NCBI GenBank assembly: GCA_964650305.1
Contig: CAZYST010000001.1
Coordinates: 49,953 to 113,952 of the forward strand
Reading direction: 5' to 3'
Source: an uncultured Lachnospiraceae bacterium
GTDB lineage: Bacteria > Bacillota > Clostridia > TANB77 > CAG-508
DNA length: 64,000 bases
In this document: positions 29,480-38,895 of the stretch, in pieces
Layout: each line of letters begins with the position of its first letter
Numbering within the stretch: the first letter of the stretch is position 1
The notes under the pieces: generated by a model
The model's database searches: none
What the model was told of the DNA's origin: nothing
The model's input: the letters and a program-made list of their open reading frames with translations, nothing else
Made by a program: the position numbers and the translations under genes

Positions 29480-32071
29480 TTATTTAATATATAAATTGTT
29501 GTTTTCAGCATCAATAGTAACAGTAGACATTGGAGAAATCTTTTGATTTAATATACTTTCAGCAATCAAAGTTTCTAATTTTTTCTTAACAAATCTCTTT
29601 AAAGGTCTTGCACCATAAATTTGATCATATCCATTTTCTATTAAATATATTTTAGCATTTTCTGTTAATTCTAATTTAATATGTTTATCATCTAATCTAT
29701 TTTCTAAATCTTTAATTAATAATTCTAATATTTTAGAAATTTCATCTTTCTTAAGTGGTTTATAAAATACAATTTCATCTAAACGATTTAGAAATTCAGG
29801 TCTAAAACTTCTTTTTAATAATTCATTTACTTTTTCTTTAGCTTCTTCTGAAATATCTCCATTGCTATTTATACCATCTAATATAAAATCTGAACCTAAA
29901 TTTGAAGTAAGAATTATAATAGTATTTTTAAAATCTACTGTTCTTCCTTGTGAATCCGTAATATGTCCATCATCTAAAACTTGAAGTAATATATTAAATA
30001 CATCTGGATGTGCTTTTTCTATTTCATCAAATAAAACTACTGAATATGGTTTTCTTCTAACTGCTTCTGTTAATTGACCACCTTCTTCATATCCTACATA
30101 TCCTGGAGGTGCACCAATTAAACGAGAAACTGAATATTTTTCCATATATTCAGACATGTCAATTCTTACCATATTGTGTTCATCATCAAATAAACTTTCC
30201 GCTAAACTTTTAGCAAGTTCTGTTTTACCTACACCTGTTGGACCTAAAAATAGGAATGAACCTATAGGTCTTCTTGGATCACTAATACCAGCTCTTGAAC
30301 GCATAATAGCTTCTGATACATCTTGAACTGCTTCATCTTGCCCAATAACTCTTTTATGAAGAATATCTTTTAAATGCAATATTTTTTCTCTTTCACCTTC
30401 CATAAGTTTAGTAACAGGTATTCCTGTCCATCTAGATATAATTTTAGCTATTTCATCTTCTGTTACTTTGTTTCTTAAAAGTCCATTTTCTTTATTTTTT
30501 TCACTTTCTATTTCTTCTGCTTCTAATTGTTTTTGAAGTTCTGGTAATTTTCCGTATTTTAACTCTGCCGCTTTATTTAGTTCATAATTTCTTTCTGCTT
30601 GCTCTATTTGCGAATTTACTCTTTCAATTTCTTCCCTTAATTTTTGTACTTTTTCTATTGCAGATTTTTCATTTTCCCATTTTGCTTTCATACTATCAAA
30701 TTTAGATTTTAATTCTGATTTTTCTTTTTGTATATCTTCTAGCCTTTGCTTTGATATTTGATCATTTTCTTTACTTAAAGCTCTTTCTTCTATTTCAAGT
30801 TGCATTATTTTTCTTGAAACCTCATCAAGTTCAGTAGGCATTGATTTCATTTCTGTTTTTATCATTGAACAAGCTTCATCTACTAAATCTATAGCTTTAT
30901 CTGGCAAAAATCTATCTGAAATATATCTATGAGATAGTGTTGCTGCAGCTATTAAACTATTGTCTGAAATTTTTACACCATGATAAACTTCATATCTTTC
31001 TTTTATTCCTCTTAAAATTGATATTGTATCCTCAACTGTTGGTTCATCTACCATTACAGGTTGAAAACGTCTTTCTAAAGCTTGATCTTTTTCTATATAT
31101 TGCCTATATTCATTTAATGTAGTTGCACCAATACAATGTAATTCACCACGTGCAAGCATAGGTTTTAATAAATTTCCAGCATCCATTGCACCTTCTGTTT
31201 TTCCAGCACCAACAATTGTATGAATTTCATCAATGAATAATATTATCTTTCCTTCACTTTTCTTTATTTCTTGAAGAACTGCTTTTAATCTTTCTTCAAA
31301 TTCACCTCTATATTTTGCACCTGCTACAAGTGAACCCATATCTAATGAAAATATTGTACAGTCTTGTAAATTTTCTGGAACATCTCCTCTTACAATTCTT
31401 AAAGCTAAACCTTCTGCTATTGCTGTTTTACCAACACCAGGTTCACCAATTAAACATGGATTATTTTTAGTTTTTCTTGATAATATACGTATTACATTTC
31501 TAATTTCTGTATCTCTACCTATTACAGGGTCCAATTTTTGTTTACGAGCCATATCAACTAAATCTTGACCATATTTTTCAAGAACATTATATGTGCTTTC
31601 AGGATTATCTGATGTTACTCTTGTATTTCCTCTTACACTAGATAAAACTTTTAGAAAACTATTTTTTGTTATATTAAAAGTTTTAAACAATTCTTTTAAC
31701 TCTTTGTTTGGATTATCTATCAAAGAAATCATTATATGTTCTACAGAAACATATTCATCATTCATCTTTTTAGCTATTTCTTCTGCATTTGAAAATACTA
31801 TATCAACATCTTGTGATATATACATGCTATCTGCTCTTCTTGCACCACCAGTCATTTTAGGTTTATTTTTAATTTTATTTCTTACCTCAGTTTCAAAGTT
31901 ATTTGATATTCCCATTTTCTTTAGAAGTTCTTTTATTAAACTTTCATCTTGCTCTAATAAACTAAGCAATATGTGTTCTTGATCTAATTGAGCATTTTGA
32001 TTTTCTATTGCTAAATTTTGTGCATTTTGAATTGCCTCTAAGGATTTTTGAGTAAATTTTTGAATATTCAT
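29480..32071 (-). CDS. clpB: Chaperone ClpB (two-AAA disaggregase)
   Basis: Clp N domain, GEPGVGKTA and GPTGVGKTE Walker A motifs, and a long M-domain coiled coil. AGGAAAG RBS before ATG 32071 ([10 protein letters not shown]...). Confidence 0.93.
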   Translation of the reverse strand: MNIQKFTQKSLEAIQNAQNLAIENQNAQLDQEHILLSLLEQDESLIKELLKKMGISNNFETEVRNKIKNKPKMTGGARRADSMYISQDVDIVFSNAEEIAKKMNDEYVSVEHIMISLIDNPNKELKELFKTFNITKNSFLKVLSSVRGNTRVTSDNPESTYNVLEKYGQDLVDMARKQKLDPVIGRDTEIRNVIRILSRKTKNNPCLIGEPGVGKTAIAEGLALRIVRGDVPENLQDCTIFSLDMGSLVAGAKYRGEFEERLKAVLQEIKKSEGKIILFIDEIHTIVGAGKTEGAMDAGNLLKPMLARGELHCIGATTLNEYRQYIEKDQALERRFQPVMVDEPTVEDTISILRGIKERYEVYHGVKISDNSLIAAATLSHRYISDRFLPDKAIDLVDEACSMIKTEMKSMPTELDEVSRKIMQLEIEERALSKENDQISKQRLEDIQKEKSELKSKFDSMKAKWENEKSAIEKVQKLREEIERVNSQIEQAERNYELNKAAELKYGKLPELQKQLEAEEIESEKNKENGLLRNKVTEDEIAKIISRWTGIPVTKLMEGEREKILHLKDILHKRVIGQDEAVQDVSEAIMRSRAGISDPRRPIGSFLFLGPTGVGKTELAKSLAESLFDDEHNMVRIDMSEYMEKYSVSRLIGAPPGYVGYEEGGQLTEAVRRKPYSVVLFDEIEKAHPDVFNILLQVLDDGHITDSQGRTVDFKNTIIILTSNLGSDFILDGINSNGDISEEAKEKVNELLKRSFRPEFLNRLDEIVFYKPLKKDEISKILELLIKDLENRLDDKHIKLELTENAKIYLIENGYDQIYGARPLKRFVKKKLETLIAESILNQKISPMSTVTIDAENNNLYIK

Positions 32072-32256
32072 ATTTCTCACTTTCCTTACATTATATTTAT
32101 AGTGTTTAAAGTCTACTATATAGGACTTATAGCATATTTTTATATGTGCTATTTTATTTTGATAATATTTTGCTTTTTTATACATAGCAATTTATTATGT
32201 TTTAAAAGCACAATCATACGAACTGTAGAATGTGCTTTTCTTTATTTACAAGAATA

Positions 32257-32299
32257 ATTATATTACTTTATTTTAGCAGTGTCAATAACAGAGTGCTAA
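32257..32299 (-). promoter_or_regulatory. CIRCE (HrcA operator) overlapping a TTGACA-17-TATAAT promoter reading toward clpB
   Basis: Minus strand reads TTAGCACTC-tgttattga-CACTGCTAA (32299-32273) against consensus TTAGCACTC-N9-GAGTGCTAA. The -35 TTGACA is at 32285-32280 and the -10 TATAAT at 32262-32257. Confidence 0.7.
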
Positions 32300-32405
32300 T
32301 TTATATTAAAAATTTATCATTTTAATCGCTTTTATTTAAGAAAATTGCTTTATTTTCAAATAAATGGTATAATAAACTTATAGTTTAATTTTAAGGAAGG
32401 TATTT

Positions 32406-32597
32406 ATGGACTTATCTATAAAAAATACAACAAGAGAGCAAAGAAAAGAAATTGTAAAAACAGCACTTGCAATTTCAATATCAGGATCTGAATTTCCTGG
32501 AGAAGAAGTTTTAAAACTTACAAAAGAATATGTAGACGGTATTTCTGAAATCGAAGAAGTACAAAAAAAAATAATAGCTTTGTATAAGGAGGATTAA
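32406..32597 (+). CDS. Small alpha-helical protein preceding Fic (VbhA-like antitoxin candidate)
   Basis: 63 aa. Its stop lies 2 nt before the fic start. The position and size fit class I Fic antitoxins. The [ST]xxxE[GN] motif is not cleanly present. Confidence 0.5.
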   Translation: MDLSIKNTTREQRKEIVKTALAISISGSEFPGEEVLKLTKEYVDGISEIEEVQKKIIALYKED

Positions 32598-32599
32598 AT

Positions 32600-33316
32600 A
32601 TGGTAGATCCTTATGTTTTAAAAAATGGTACATTAAGAAATAAACTAAATATTAGAAATTATGAAAAACTAAATGCAGCACAAAGAGATATTACATTTAC
32701 AAAATTCTTAAACGTTTCTAAACAATTTCGCTCAAAATTTGATATTAATTATTTTAAATCAATTCATAAACATATATTTGAAGATATATTTGATTGGGCT
32801 GGTGAATTTAGATGTGTACCAATTTATAAAGAAGAAGTAGTTATTCCTAAACTAAGTCTTGATTACACCCCTTATCAAGATATTGAAAAAGAATTACAAT
32901 CTACTTTAGATGAAATGAATAGTACAAATTGGGATGCACTTTCACTTGAAGATAAAGCAAGCCTATTTACAAAAGACCTTGCAAAACTTTGGAAAGTTCA
33001 CCCTTTTAGAGATGGAAATACTAGAACAACACTTACATTTGCCAAACAGTTTTCAGAAGAGCATAATTTTCCATTAGATTTAGGATATTTATTAGATAAT
33101 TTATCTAGAAAATATGATGAAAATGGAAAAATTACACAATATAGCATTAGAGATAAATTTGTATTAGCAGCACTTCCAGAAGAATATTATCCAGAACCTG
33201 AACATCTGACTCATCTTATACATGAATCTATGAAATCAGGAATTTCAAAAAATATAAAATCTTTACAAGATACACTTTACGGAAAAGAACCAGATAATGA
33301 TGAAATAGATAGATAA
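32600..33316 (+). CDS. Fic/Fido-domain protein with variant active-site motif
   Basis: HPFRDGNTRTT compared with canonical HPFx[DE]GNGRxxR. Confidence 0.8.
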   Translation: MVDPYVLKNGTLRNKLNIRNYEKLNAAQRDITFTKFLNVSKQFRSKFDINYFKSIHKHIFEDIFDWAGEFRCVPIYKEEVVIPKLSLDYTPYQDIEKELQSTLDEMNSTNWDALSLEDKASLFTKDLAKLWKVHPFRDGNTRTTLTFAKQFSEEHNFPLDLGYLLDNLSRKYDENGKITQYSIRDKFVLAALPEEYYPEPEHLTHLIHESMKSGISKNIKSLQDTLYGKEPDNDEIDR

Positions 33317-33326
33317 AAATAAAATT

Positions 33327-33361
33327 AGCTCCAAATTTATAGTAATTTGGAGCTTTTTTTA
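33327..33361 (+). terminator. Rho-independent terminator after fic
   Basis: Perfect 10-bp stem agctccaaat/atttggagct followed by T7. Confidence 0.8.
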
Positions 33362-33403
33362 TTTAATAGTCAAAATCTGCGATTTTTCCTATTAAACAAG
33401 AAT

Positions 33404-33502
33404 AGCTGTCCGACAGACAGCTCTGCACAGCTTGAAAGCAGAGCTTTCAACGAGTAAGACAAAAGAGCTATTTGTCGGACATATGTCCTACAAACAGCTC
33501 TT
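33404..33502. other. GC-rich multi-hairpin non-coding element
   Basis: Hairpins at 33404-33422 (7 bp), 33420-33444 or alternatively 33432-33450 (7-8 bp), and 33463-33502 (16 bp in three segments). In addition, tgtccgaca (33407) is complementary to tgtcggaca (33473). Confidence 0.5.
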
Positions 33503-33525
33503 CCGATTCTTATTTTTTAATATTT

Positions 33526-34224
33526 CTATTTATTTGATAGTATTTCAAATATTTCTTTTGCTAAAGTACATACTTTTGGTTCTATGCTATTTATTTTGCT
33601 TGTCCTATCAAGTGCTGAATATATTGATATATAACTTATTTTATTAATTATATCTTTTAGATTAGCTACATCTCTATACTTAGCTAACATATATGCTATC
33701 GCATATTTTATCATCTTAATATCATTTAAGTGAAATTGCTTTAAGTTAGTTTTTTCTACTATCTTTCCTACCTCAAAGAATGGAAATTCACCAAATCTTT
33801 CGATTATTACTTTTTTAGCTTCCCTTATATCTAAATTTGTGAATCCTGAATCTTTAAATTTGATATCTGGTAATTCTTCTAATATAGATTTATATTCTTT
33901 TGTATTTTCTAAATCTATTGTTTCGTAATATTTTATATAAGTCCTATATGGTAGATTCAAACCTTGCCATTCTTCTTCGATTAGTTCCGCATCTACTAAT
34001 TCTTTATGAATTTTAGTTGCAGTATTAGCACATATTTTTAATTCATTCATTATGTACTTTCTTGCATTTTCTATATACTTGTATCCCATTTCGTCTTGTT
34101 TTACATTGATATTTCCATTTAGCATATGCACATATATCCCATATGCTACTTTTGCATTTAAGCTTACTCCTTTTAAATATTCTCCATCAAATAAATAGTT
34201 ATAAATTTTGTATTGTTGTTGCAT
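33526..34224 (-). CDS. RepA_N-type replication initiator-like protein
   Basis: N-terminal pattern YKIYNYLFDGEYLKGVSLNAKVAYGIYVHML...LKICANTATKIHKELVDAELI fits RepA_N wHTH proteins of Firmicutes plasmids/ICEs. AGGAGG RBS 7 nt before ATG 34224. Confidence 0.55.
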   Translation of the reverse strand: MQQQYKIYNYLFDGEYLKGVSLNAKVAYGIYVHMLNGNINVKQDEMGYKYIENARKYIMNELKICANTATKIHKELVDAELIEEEWQGLNLPYRTYIKYYETIDLENTKEYKSILEELPDIKFKDSGFTNLDIREAKKVIIERFGEFPFFEVGKIVEKTNLKQFHLNDIKMIKYAIAYMLAKYRDVANLKDIINKISYISIYSALDRTSKINSIEPKVCTLAKEIFEILSNK

Positions 34225-34346
34225 AAACATTCCTCCTTTTTTCTATTCTTAAATTTTAATATCTTTTGTATCTCAAAATCTTGGATACTATCTCTCCCAC
34301 ACATCTTATTTTTTAATATCCAAGATTCTTATCTTTTGTGATTTGT

Positions 34347-34550
34347 TTATTCATTTGTTATAGAAGCTTTTTCTTTTTCATTTAAGTATTTATCTAGTGC
34401 TTCTTTTCTAAATAATACTTTTCCTCCAACTCGTGAGCATGGTATTTGTTTTCTCCTTACCAGTTGTGTAACTAACCAATATGATACTCCTAAATACTCT
34501 GCTGTCTCTTTCATTGTTAGAGTTGTTCGTGTTACTTTCTCAAGTTCCAT
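34347..34550 (-). CDS. Excisionase-family/MerR-like HTH DNA-binding protein
   Basis: LTMKETAEYLGVSYWLVTQLVRRKQIPCSRVGGKVLFRKEALDKYL. AGGTGAG RBS before ATG 34550. Confidence 0.7.
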   Translation of the reverse strand: MELEKVTRTTLTMKETAEYLGVSYWLVTQLVRRKQIPCSRVGGKVLFRKEALDKYLNEKEKASITNE

Positions 34551-34720
34551 ATTACTCACCTGCCTTTCTTGTAATTGTATTGACATTTGATGTTATTGCT
34601 AATATAATATTGTTATACAATTACTAATTATATTTTAATTGTAGGCGTACTGTTTAGTAAAGCAGACAATGAAAGATTATATAAAATAATTTTAAATTGT
34701 AGGAGCATTTAGGAGGTTTT

Positions 34721-35713
34721 ATGTTTTATTATAATATTGCATTTGATTATGAAAAAATGAATGAATTTCTTTGCTATTATACGACAAAAAATAGAAATAA
34801 TAATATTTATTCATTTACTCAAGCAACCACAAAGCAAGAACTTGGTAGCTTTTTAATAGAATTTTTAAATACTGATTTTAGAAAAAGGAAAAATTTTGAC
34901 AGCTTTGTAACAAAATATTCTTTTATTGATTTATATGCTAAATTGCTATCTAAGAAGTTTAATGAAAAATCTATTTTCTCTTTTAAGTTTACGAATGAGG
35001 AACTGCAAAATCTGTTAGATAATATGTATGAAAAATATTCTGAAGATTTTATTGTATTTGGAGAAATTTTTAGAGATATAGCAAATACCAAGAGCAGATA
35101 TAAGTTATTAAGTAATTTATCTAGAAGTGAAAATTCTAAAGTGGCTGAAACATTTGATATTAAAGCATACAACCTATCTACTAAAGATTATAGGCAACAA
35201 TTAGAAGAATACTCAGATTTATTTGATGATATATGTGTAGATTTCCGTATGATAGATTTTATAGGACTATATGAACAAAATAATATTACAAATGAAATTC
35301 CTTATTCTTTTAGAAGTAAAGACCTTTTAAATATTATATATTTATCATTTAAGCATATTGAATGTTATAAGCATCCCATTTTACAATGTGAAAATTGTAA
35401 AAAGTTATTCATACCAGACTCTGCACACGATATTAAATATTGTAATAATATATTTAAAAATAATAAGACTTGCAAGCAACTTGCACCTGAACTTAAATAT
35501 CAAAAAACTTTAAAAGCTGATCCAGTACTACAAAAATATCGTTCTAGATATCAAGCTATTCAAAGATTAGCAAGAGAAAATCCAGAAAAGCACCAAGCAT
35601 TATATGAATATTATAAAGTTGAAGGCAAAAAAATGAAAAACGAATATTTAAGTAAGGTTATAACAGCTAAAGAATTTGAAGATTGGATTGATACTACAAA
35701 AATAAGGAAGTAG
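34721..35713 (+). CDS. Hypothetical protein with a C-terminal Cys cluster (zinc-ribbon-like), element cargo
   Basis: 330 aa. CENCKKLF...YCNNIFKNNKTC. AGGAGG RBS before the ATG. A diverged remnant copy lies at 36779-36982. Confidence 0.55.
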   Translation: MFYYNIAFDYEKMNEFLCYYTTKNRNNNIYSFTQATTKQELGSFLIEFLNTDFRKRKNFDSFVTKYSFIDLYAKLLSKKFNEKSIFSFKFTNEELQNLLDNMYEKYSEDFIVFGEIFRDIANTKSRYKLLSNLSRSENSKVAETFDIKAYNLSTKDYRQQLEEYSDLFDDICVDFRMIDFIGLYEQNNITNEIPYSFRSKDLLNIIYLSFKHIECYKHPILQCENCKKLFIPDSAHDIKYCNNIFKNNKTCKQLAPELKYQKTLKADPVLQKYRSRYQAIQRLARENPEKHQALYEYYKVEGKKMKNEYLSKVITAKEFEDWIDTTKIRK

Positions 35714-35742
35714 ACTTTTAAAGTTTACTTCCTTATAACTTT

Positions 35743-36672
35743 TTATTTTAAATAATACTCTATCATATTTGCATATTGATCTTGTGCATTTAGGCAAGTA
35801 TCAATTAAAAATCCTTTCTCATTTTTATATTCTTTTAACCCTCTATAATAAAACAATTTATCTTTATCTAAAATAATAAATGGAACTATATTATTTTTTA
35901 AACATTCCTTAAATGCTATAATTCTTCCTACTCTTCCATTACCATCTTGGAATGGATGTATTCTTTCAAATTTAAAATGAAATTCTATTATTTCTTTTAT
36001 AGTTATTTTTTCTAATGTATTATACCATTCCATTAGTTTAGCCATATCTCTAGCTACATTTTTAGGAAGAGAGGTTTGTATATTTCCTGCTTCATTAGCT
36101 AATTTTTTATATTCTCCAACATTAAACCATTCTTTTCTGCTATCAGATGTTCCTTCTTTTAAAATTTTATGAAATTCTTTTATCATTTCTTCTGTTAATT
36201 TTTCTTCAGCTACATCTAGCATATAATCAACTAATTTAAAATGATTTGCTGTTTCTAATATGTCATCTACACTAGCTACTGTTTGACCTTCAAATAAAAT
36301 TGTATTAGTTTCAAAAATATATCTTGTTTGATCTTCAGTTAGTTTACTTCCCTCAATATGATTTGTGTTGTATGCAAATATAACTTGTGTATTATGATAT
36401 AAGTTTCCTTTTAGTCCCATTTCTTTTTGCTCTTTTAAGCATTCTAAAATATCTAATTTAGAAATATCAAATTTCTCATCTTCATTTTTTAATAACTCAT
36501 CTATTGTTATTCCAAATGTTTCTGCTAATCTTTTTATTGATTCTATATTCGGTTCTATCATTCCAGATTCATATTTTGATATTGTTCCTGGCTCTACTCC
36601 AAGAATTTCTGCAATATCTTTTTGAGTCATTTTTTTACTTTCTCTATATGCTTTTATTCTTTCTCCTAACAT
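35743..36672 (-). CDS. XRE-family HTH fused to a class II Fic domain
   Basis: N-terminal MTQKDIAEILGVEPGTISKYESG. Internal inhibitory motif TNHIEG ([ST]xxxE[GN]). Canonical HPFQDGNGRVGR. Confidence 0.85.
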   Translation of the reverse strand: MLGERIKAYRESKKMTQKDIAEILGVEPGTISKYESGMIEPNIESIKRLAETFGITIDELLKNEDEKFDISKLDILECLKEQKEMGLKGNLYHNTQVIFAYNTNHIEGSKLTEDQTRYIFETNTILFEGQTVASVDDILETANHFKLVDYMLDVAEEKLTEEMIKEFHKILKEGTSDSRKEWFNVGEYKKLANEAGNIQTSLPKNVARDMAKLMEWYNTLEKITIKEIIEFHFKFERIHPFQDGNGRVGRIIAFKECLKNNIVPFIILDKDKLFYYRGLKEYKNEKGFLIDTCLNAQDQYANMIEYYLK

Positions 36673-36778
36673 AATAAAATCACTCCTTTTTCGTATATTA
36701 ATATTATATCATATTATTTCCAAAAAAGAAAGTGATTATTCGCTTTTTGTTTTGTTGTTTCCATGTGAGATATTTTGA

Positions 36779-36982
36779 TATTATACCATATTCCCAAAGA
36801 ATTATTTTAATGCAATTACATCAAAATGCCCGCCCATTTTGAAATCTCATACTTGTCTAACCTCTAAATCTAACCATATATACAAGTATTATAAAAAGGA
36901 AGGTCCTGTAATACAATACAAATATAAAAACGTATTAATTTCAGTCGAACAATTTAAGATTGGATTAATAGTACAAAAATAA
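36779..36982 (+). pseudogene. Start-less, internally deleted remnant of a paralogue of ORF 34721..35713
   Basis: The open frame reads ...KCPPILKSHTCLTSKSNHIYKYYKKEGPVIQYKYKNVLISVEQFKIGLIVQK*. The intact gene reads CNNIFKNNKTCKQ...DPVLQKY...ITAKEFEDWIDTTK. The tail DNA matches about 24 of 28 nt. Confidence 0.5.
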
Positions 36983-37000
36983 AGGAACTTTACGGTTCCT

Positions 37001-37606
37001 TTATACTCCCTCATTTCTTGTTTGAAACCACTCATGATTTTCTATTCTCATATAATATACCGTTAATTTTGTATACAACATATAACATGCAAATTGTGTC
37101 AACGATGCTACTCGTTTTACAATCTCTCTATCTAAAGCTGTTTTTATAACATTACGATTAAATGCTTCACTTTGTGAAAAATCCACAAAATAATTGTCTA
37201 AAAAAGAGTTTTTAAAGCACATCTTAGCCGAATAAACATTATCCTTTAAATCTCTTTTTTCATCATCATTAAACGTACCTAAACTTATATCAAAAAGAGG
37301 CGCTATTATTATACTTTTATCACGTTGTAAATCACATGTATTACTTAATATTATGCCTTTCGTCATATATGTAGTTGTGGTTCCATCTTCATTTTTTATT
37401 GAAAATGGTATTTTATCAACAATATCTCCTTGACTCAATTCATTTAAAAGACTAGAACAAAACCAACTATGTTGAGTCATATCAATTTGTTTAACAGCAT
37501 CGCGTACTGCATTTTTAATTTCTGTATCAATTGATGGAAATAAACGATTACAATATTCACTAAAATATCTAAGCATAGTAATCAAAGAAATTATTTTTTG
37601 GTTCAA
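37001..37606 (-). CDS. Hypothetical protein, gene 3 of an unknown three-gene cassette
   Basis: 201-aa ORF that overlaps gene 2 by 38 nt, or by 8 nt if it starts at M11 (37576). No motif recognised. Confidence 0.5.
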   Translation of the reverse strand: MNQKIISLITMLRYFSEYCNRLFPSIDTEIKNAVRDAVKQIDMTQHSWFCSSLLNELSQGDIVDKIPFSIKNEDGTTTTYMTKGIILSNTCDLQRDKSIIIAPLFDISLGTFNDDEKRDLKDNVYSAKMCFKNSFLDNYFVDFSQSEAFNRNVIKTALDREIVKRVASLTQFACYMLYTKLTVYYMRIENHEWFQTRNEGV

Positions 37607-37886
37607 CAGCTAATTTTTTTATAATAACTTCTTGAGAATCTTTCTCAGATTTACCAAAAAACTTTTCATCTTTATACATTTGCATTATTAATTCTTTTTC
37701 AGACATATTACAAACATTTGCAGAAATGTAATATTTTCCATCATCTGAAAAAGTAGCATTATATATATTTTTTAATTTAAAATCATCCAAATTAATACAC
37801 CTAACATAAGCATATTCAGGCTGTGAATATTTATGAATATCTTTAGGTATATCTGCTGAACAAGAACTAAAAAACATATTGTTCAT
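37569..37886 (-). CDS. Hypothetical small protein, gene 2 of the cassette
   Basis: 105-aa ORF lying 8 nt after the gene 1 stop. The likely start is M4 (37877), given GAAAGGA RBS spacing. Confidence 0.45.
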   Translation of the reverse strand: MNNMFFSSCSADIPKDIHKYSQPEYAYVRCINLDDFKLKNIYNATFSDDGKYYISANVCNMSEKELIMQMYKDEKFFGKSEKDSQEVIIKKLAVEPKNNFFDYYA

Positions 37887-37894
37887 CCTTTCTA

Positions 37895-38647
37895 TTAATT
37901 AATCTTTCCCGTATCTACAAAAACCTCGATTTTATTTTGCAAATCATCTCTAACTGTTAAAAACATATTCTTTATGATTTCTGTATTATTAGTATAATTT
38001 TCATTACTATCAAAGCTATATTTATCATTCAACTCATAGCTTATTGAAATATACTCTTTTGTGATTGTTGCATCATTCAAAGAAATCAACGGAAATATTA
38101 TTGTATTCTGACCTGGTGTAATTTGTTTTTGCATAGTAAAATCTTTAGAATTATTAATGGTCAAAATTCTATAATATTTATTATCAATTACCATAGATGC
38201 TCTCATACCAACTTCACTAAAAGTATTTTCATTAACAGACGAATTTAAAAGATTTTGTTGTATTGTTTGAATCGGATTTTCAACTTCTTTTTCTAAATTT
38301 ACAAACACAGCAGAATATAATACTTTTACTTCTTTTGATATTAATAGATTATATATTTTACTTGCTCTCTCTTCCATATAATCTATACATTTAGAAAAAT
38401 CTTCATTAAAATTCCCATCATAATTTGTTGTTATTTGCACATTAATTGTTGACATATTAAATATAGTATGTCCTGATTTAGATTGCGAATTAATTCTAGG
38501 AACTATTGGATCTACATTGGCTGGTAATCCCATATAATTAAATGCTGGAAAGTATTCTATTAATTTAGAATTTAGCTCTTCAAAGATTCCTTTAGTATTA
38601 TCATATTTTTCAAACCAAAATGTAACAACAATATTTTTTATTTTCAT
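37895..38647 (-). CDS. Hypothetical protein, gene 1 of the cassette
   Basis: 250-aa ORF with a GGAGAATGAATAATG RBS/start. Appears to be a two-lobed beta-rich protein. No catalytic motif recognised. Confidence 0.5.
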   Translation of the reverse strand: MKIKNIVVTFWFEKYDNTKGIFEELNSKLIEYFPAFNYMGLPANVDPIVPRINSQSKSGHTIFNMSTINVQITTNYDGNFNEDFSKCIDYMEERASKIYNLLISKEVKVLYSAVFVNLEKEVENPIQTIQQNLLNSSVNENTFSEVGMRASMVIDNKYYRILTINNSKDFTMQKQITPGQNTIIFPLISLNDATITKEYISISYELNDKYSFDSNENYTNNTEIIKNMFLTVRDDLQNKIEVFVDTGKIN

Positions 38648-38895
38648 TATTCATTCTCCTTTAAATATATATCCGAAATAATTATATCATTTATTAAATA
38701 TTTTTTCCACTTTTTTTAAAAAATATTGCATTTTATACATCTTTACCATACACTTTCATATTATTTTTCCAAAACATCCGTTGTCGGTTAGACTTTTACA
38801 TATTTCACATTGTATAATTAATGTATACAATCTTTAACTTGTAATTTCATTGTAGATTACAAAAATACTCTCTCCCACACAGGAAGGAGGATAAT

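Noticed and set aside
32204-32239. Hairpin in the clpB leader, considered as a transcription attenuator
   Set aside because: The GC core is only 5 bp, with an 18-nt loop, and the outer pairs are A-U. It is too weak to call a terminator on either strand, so it is mentioned only as part of the leader description.
32072-32257. N-terminal extension of clpB (start at 32185) and plus-strand ORF 32048..32257
   Set aside because: ClpB homologues begin at [10 protein letters not shown]..., which has a good RBS at 32071. The extension is a K/Y-rich translation of the AT-rich leader.
33432-33647. 71-aa plus-strand ORF across the GC-rich hairpin element
   Set aside because: It has a non-ATG start and no RBS, overlaps the 3' end of the RepA_N gene, and the region is dominated by secondary structure.
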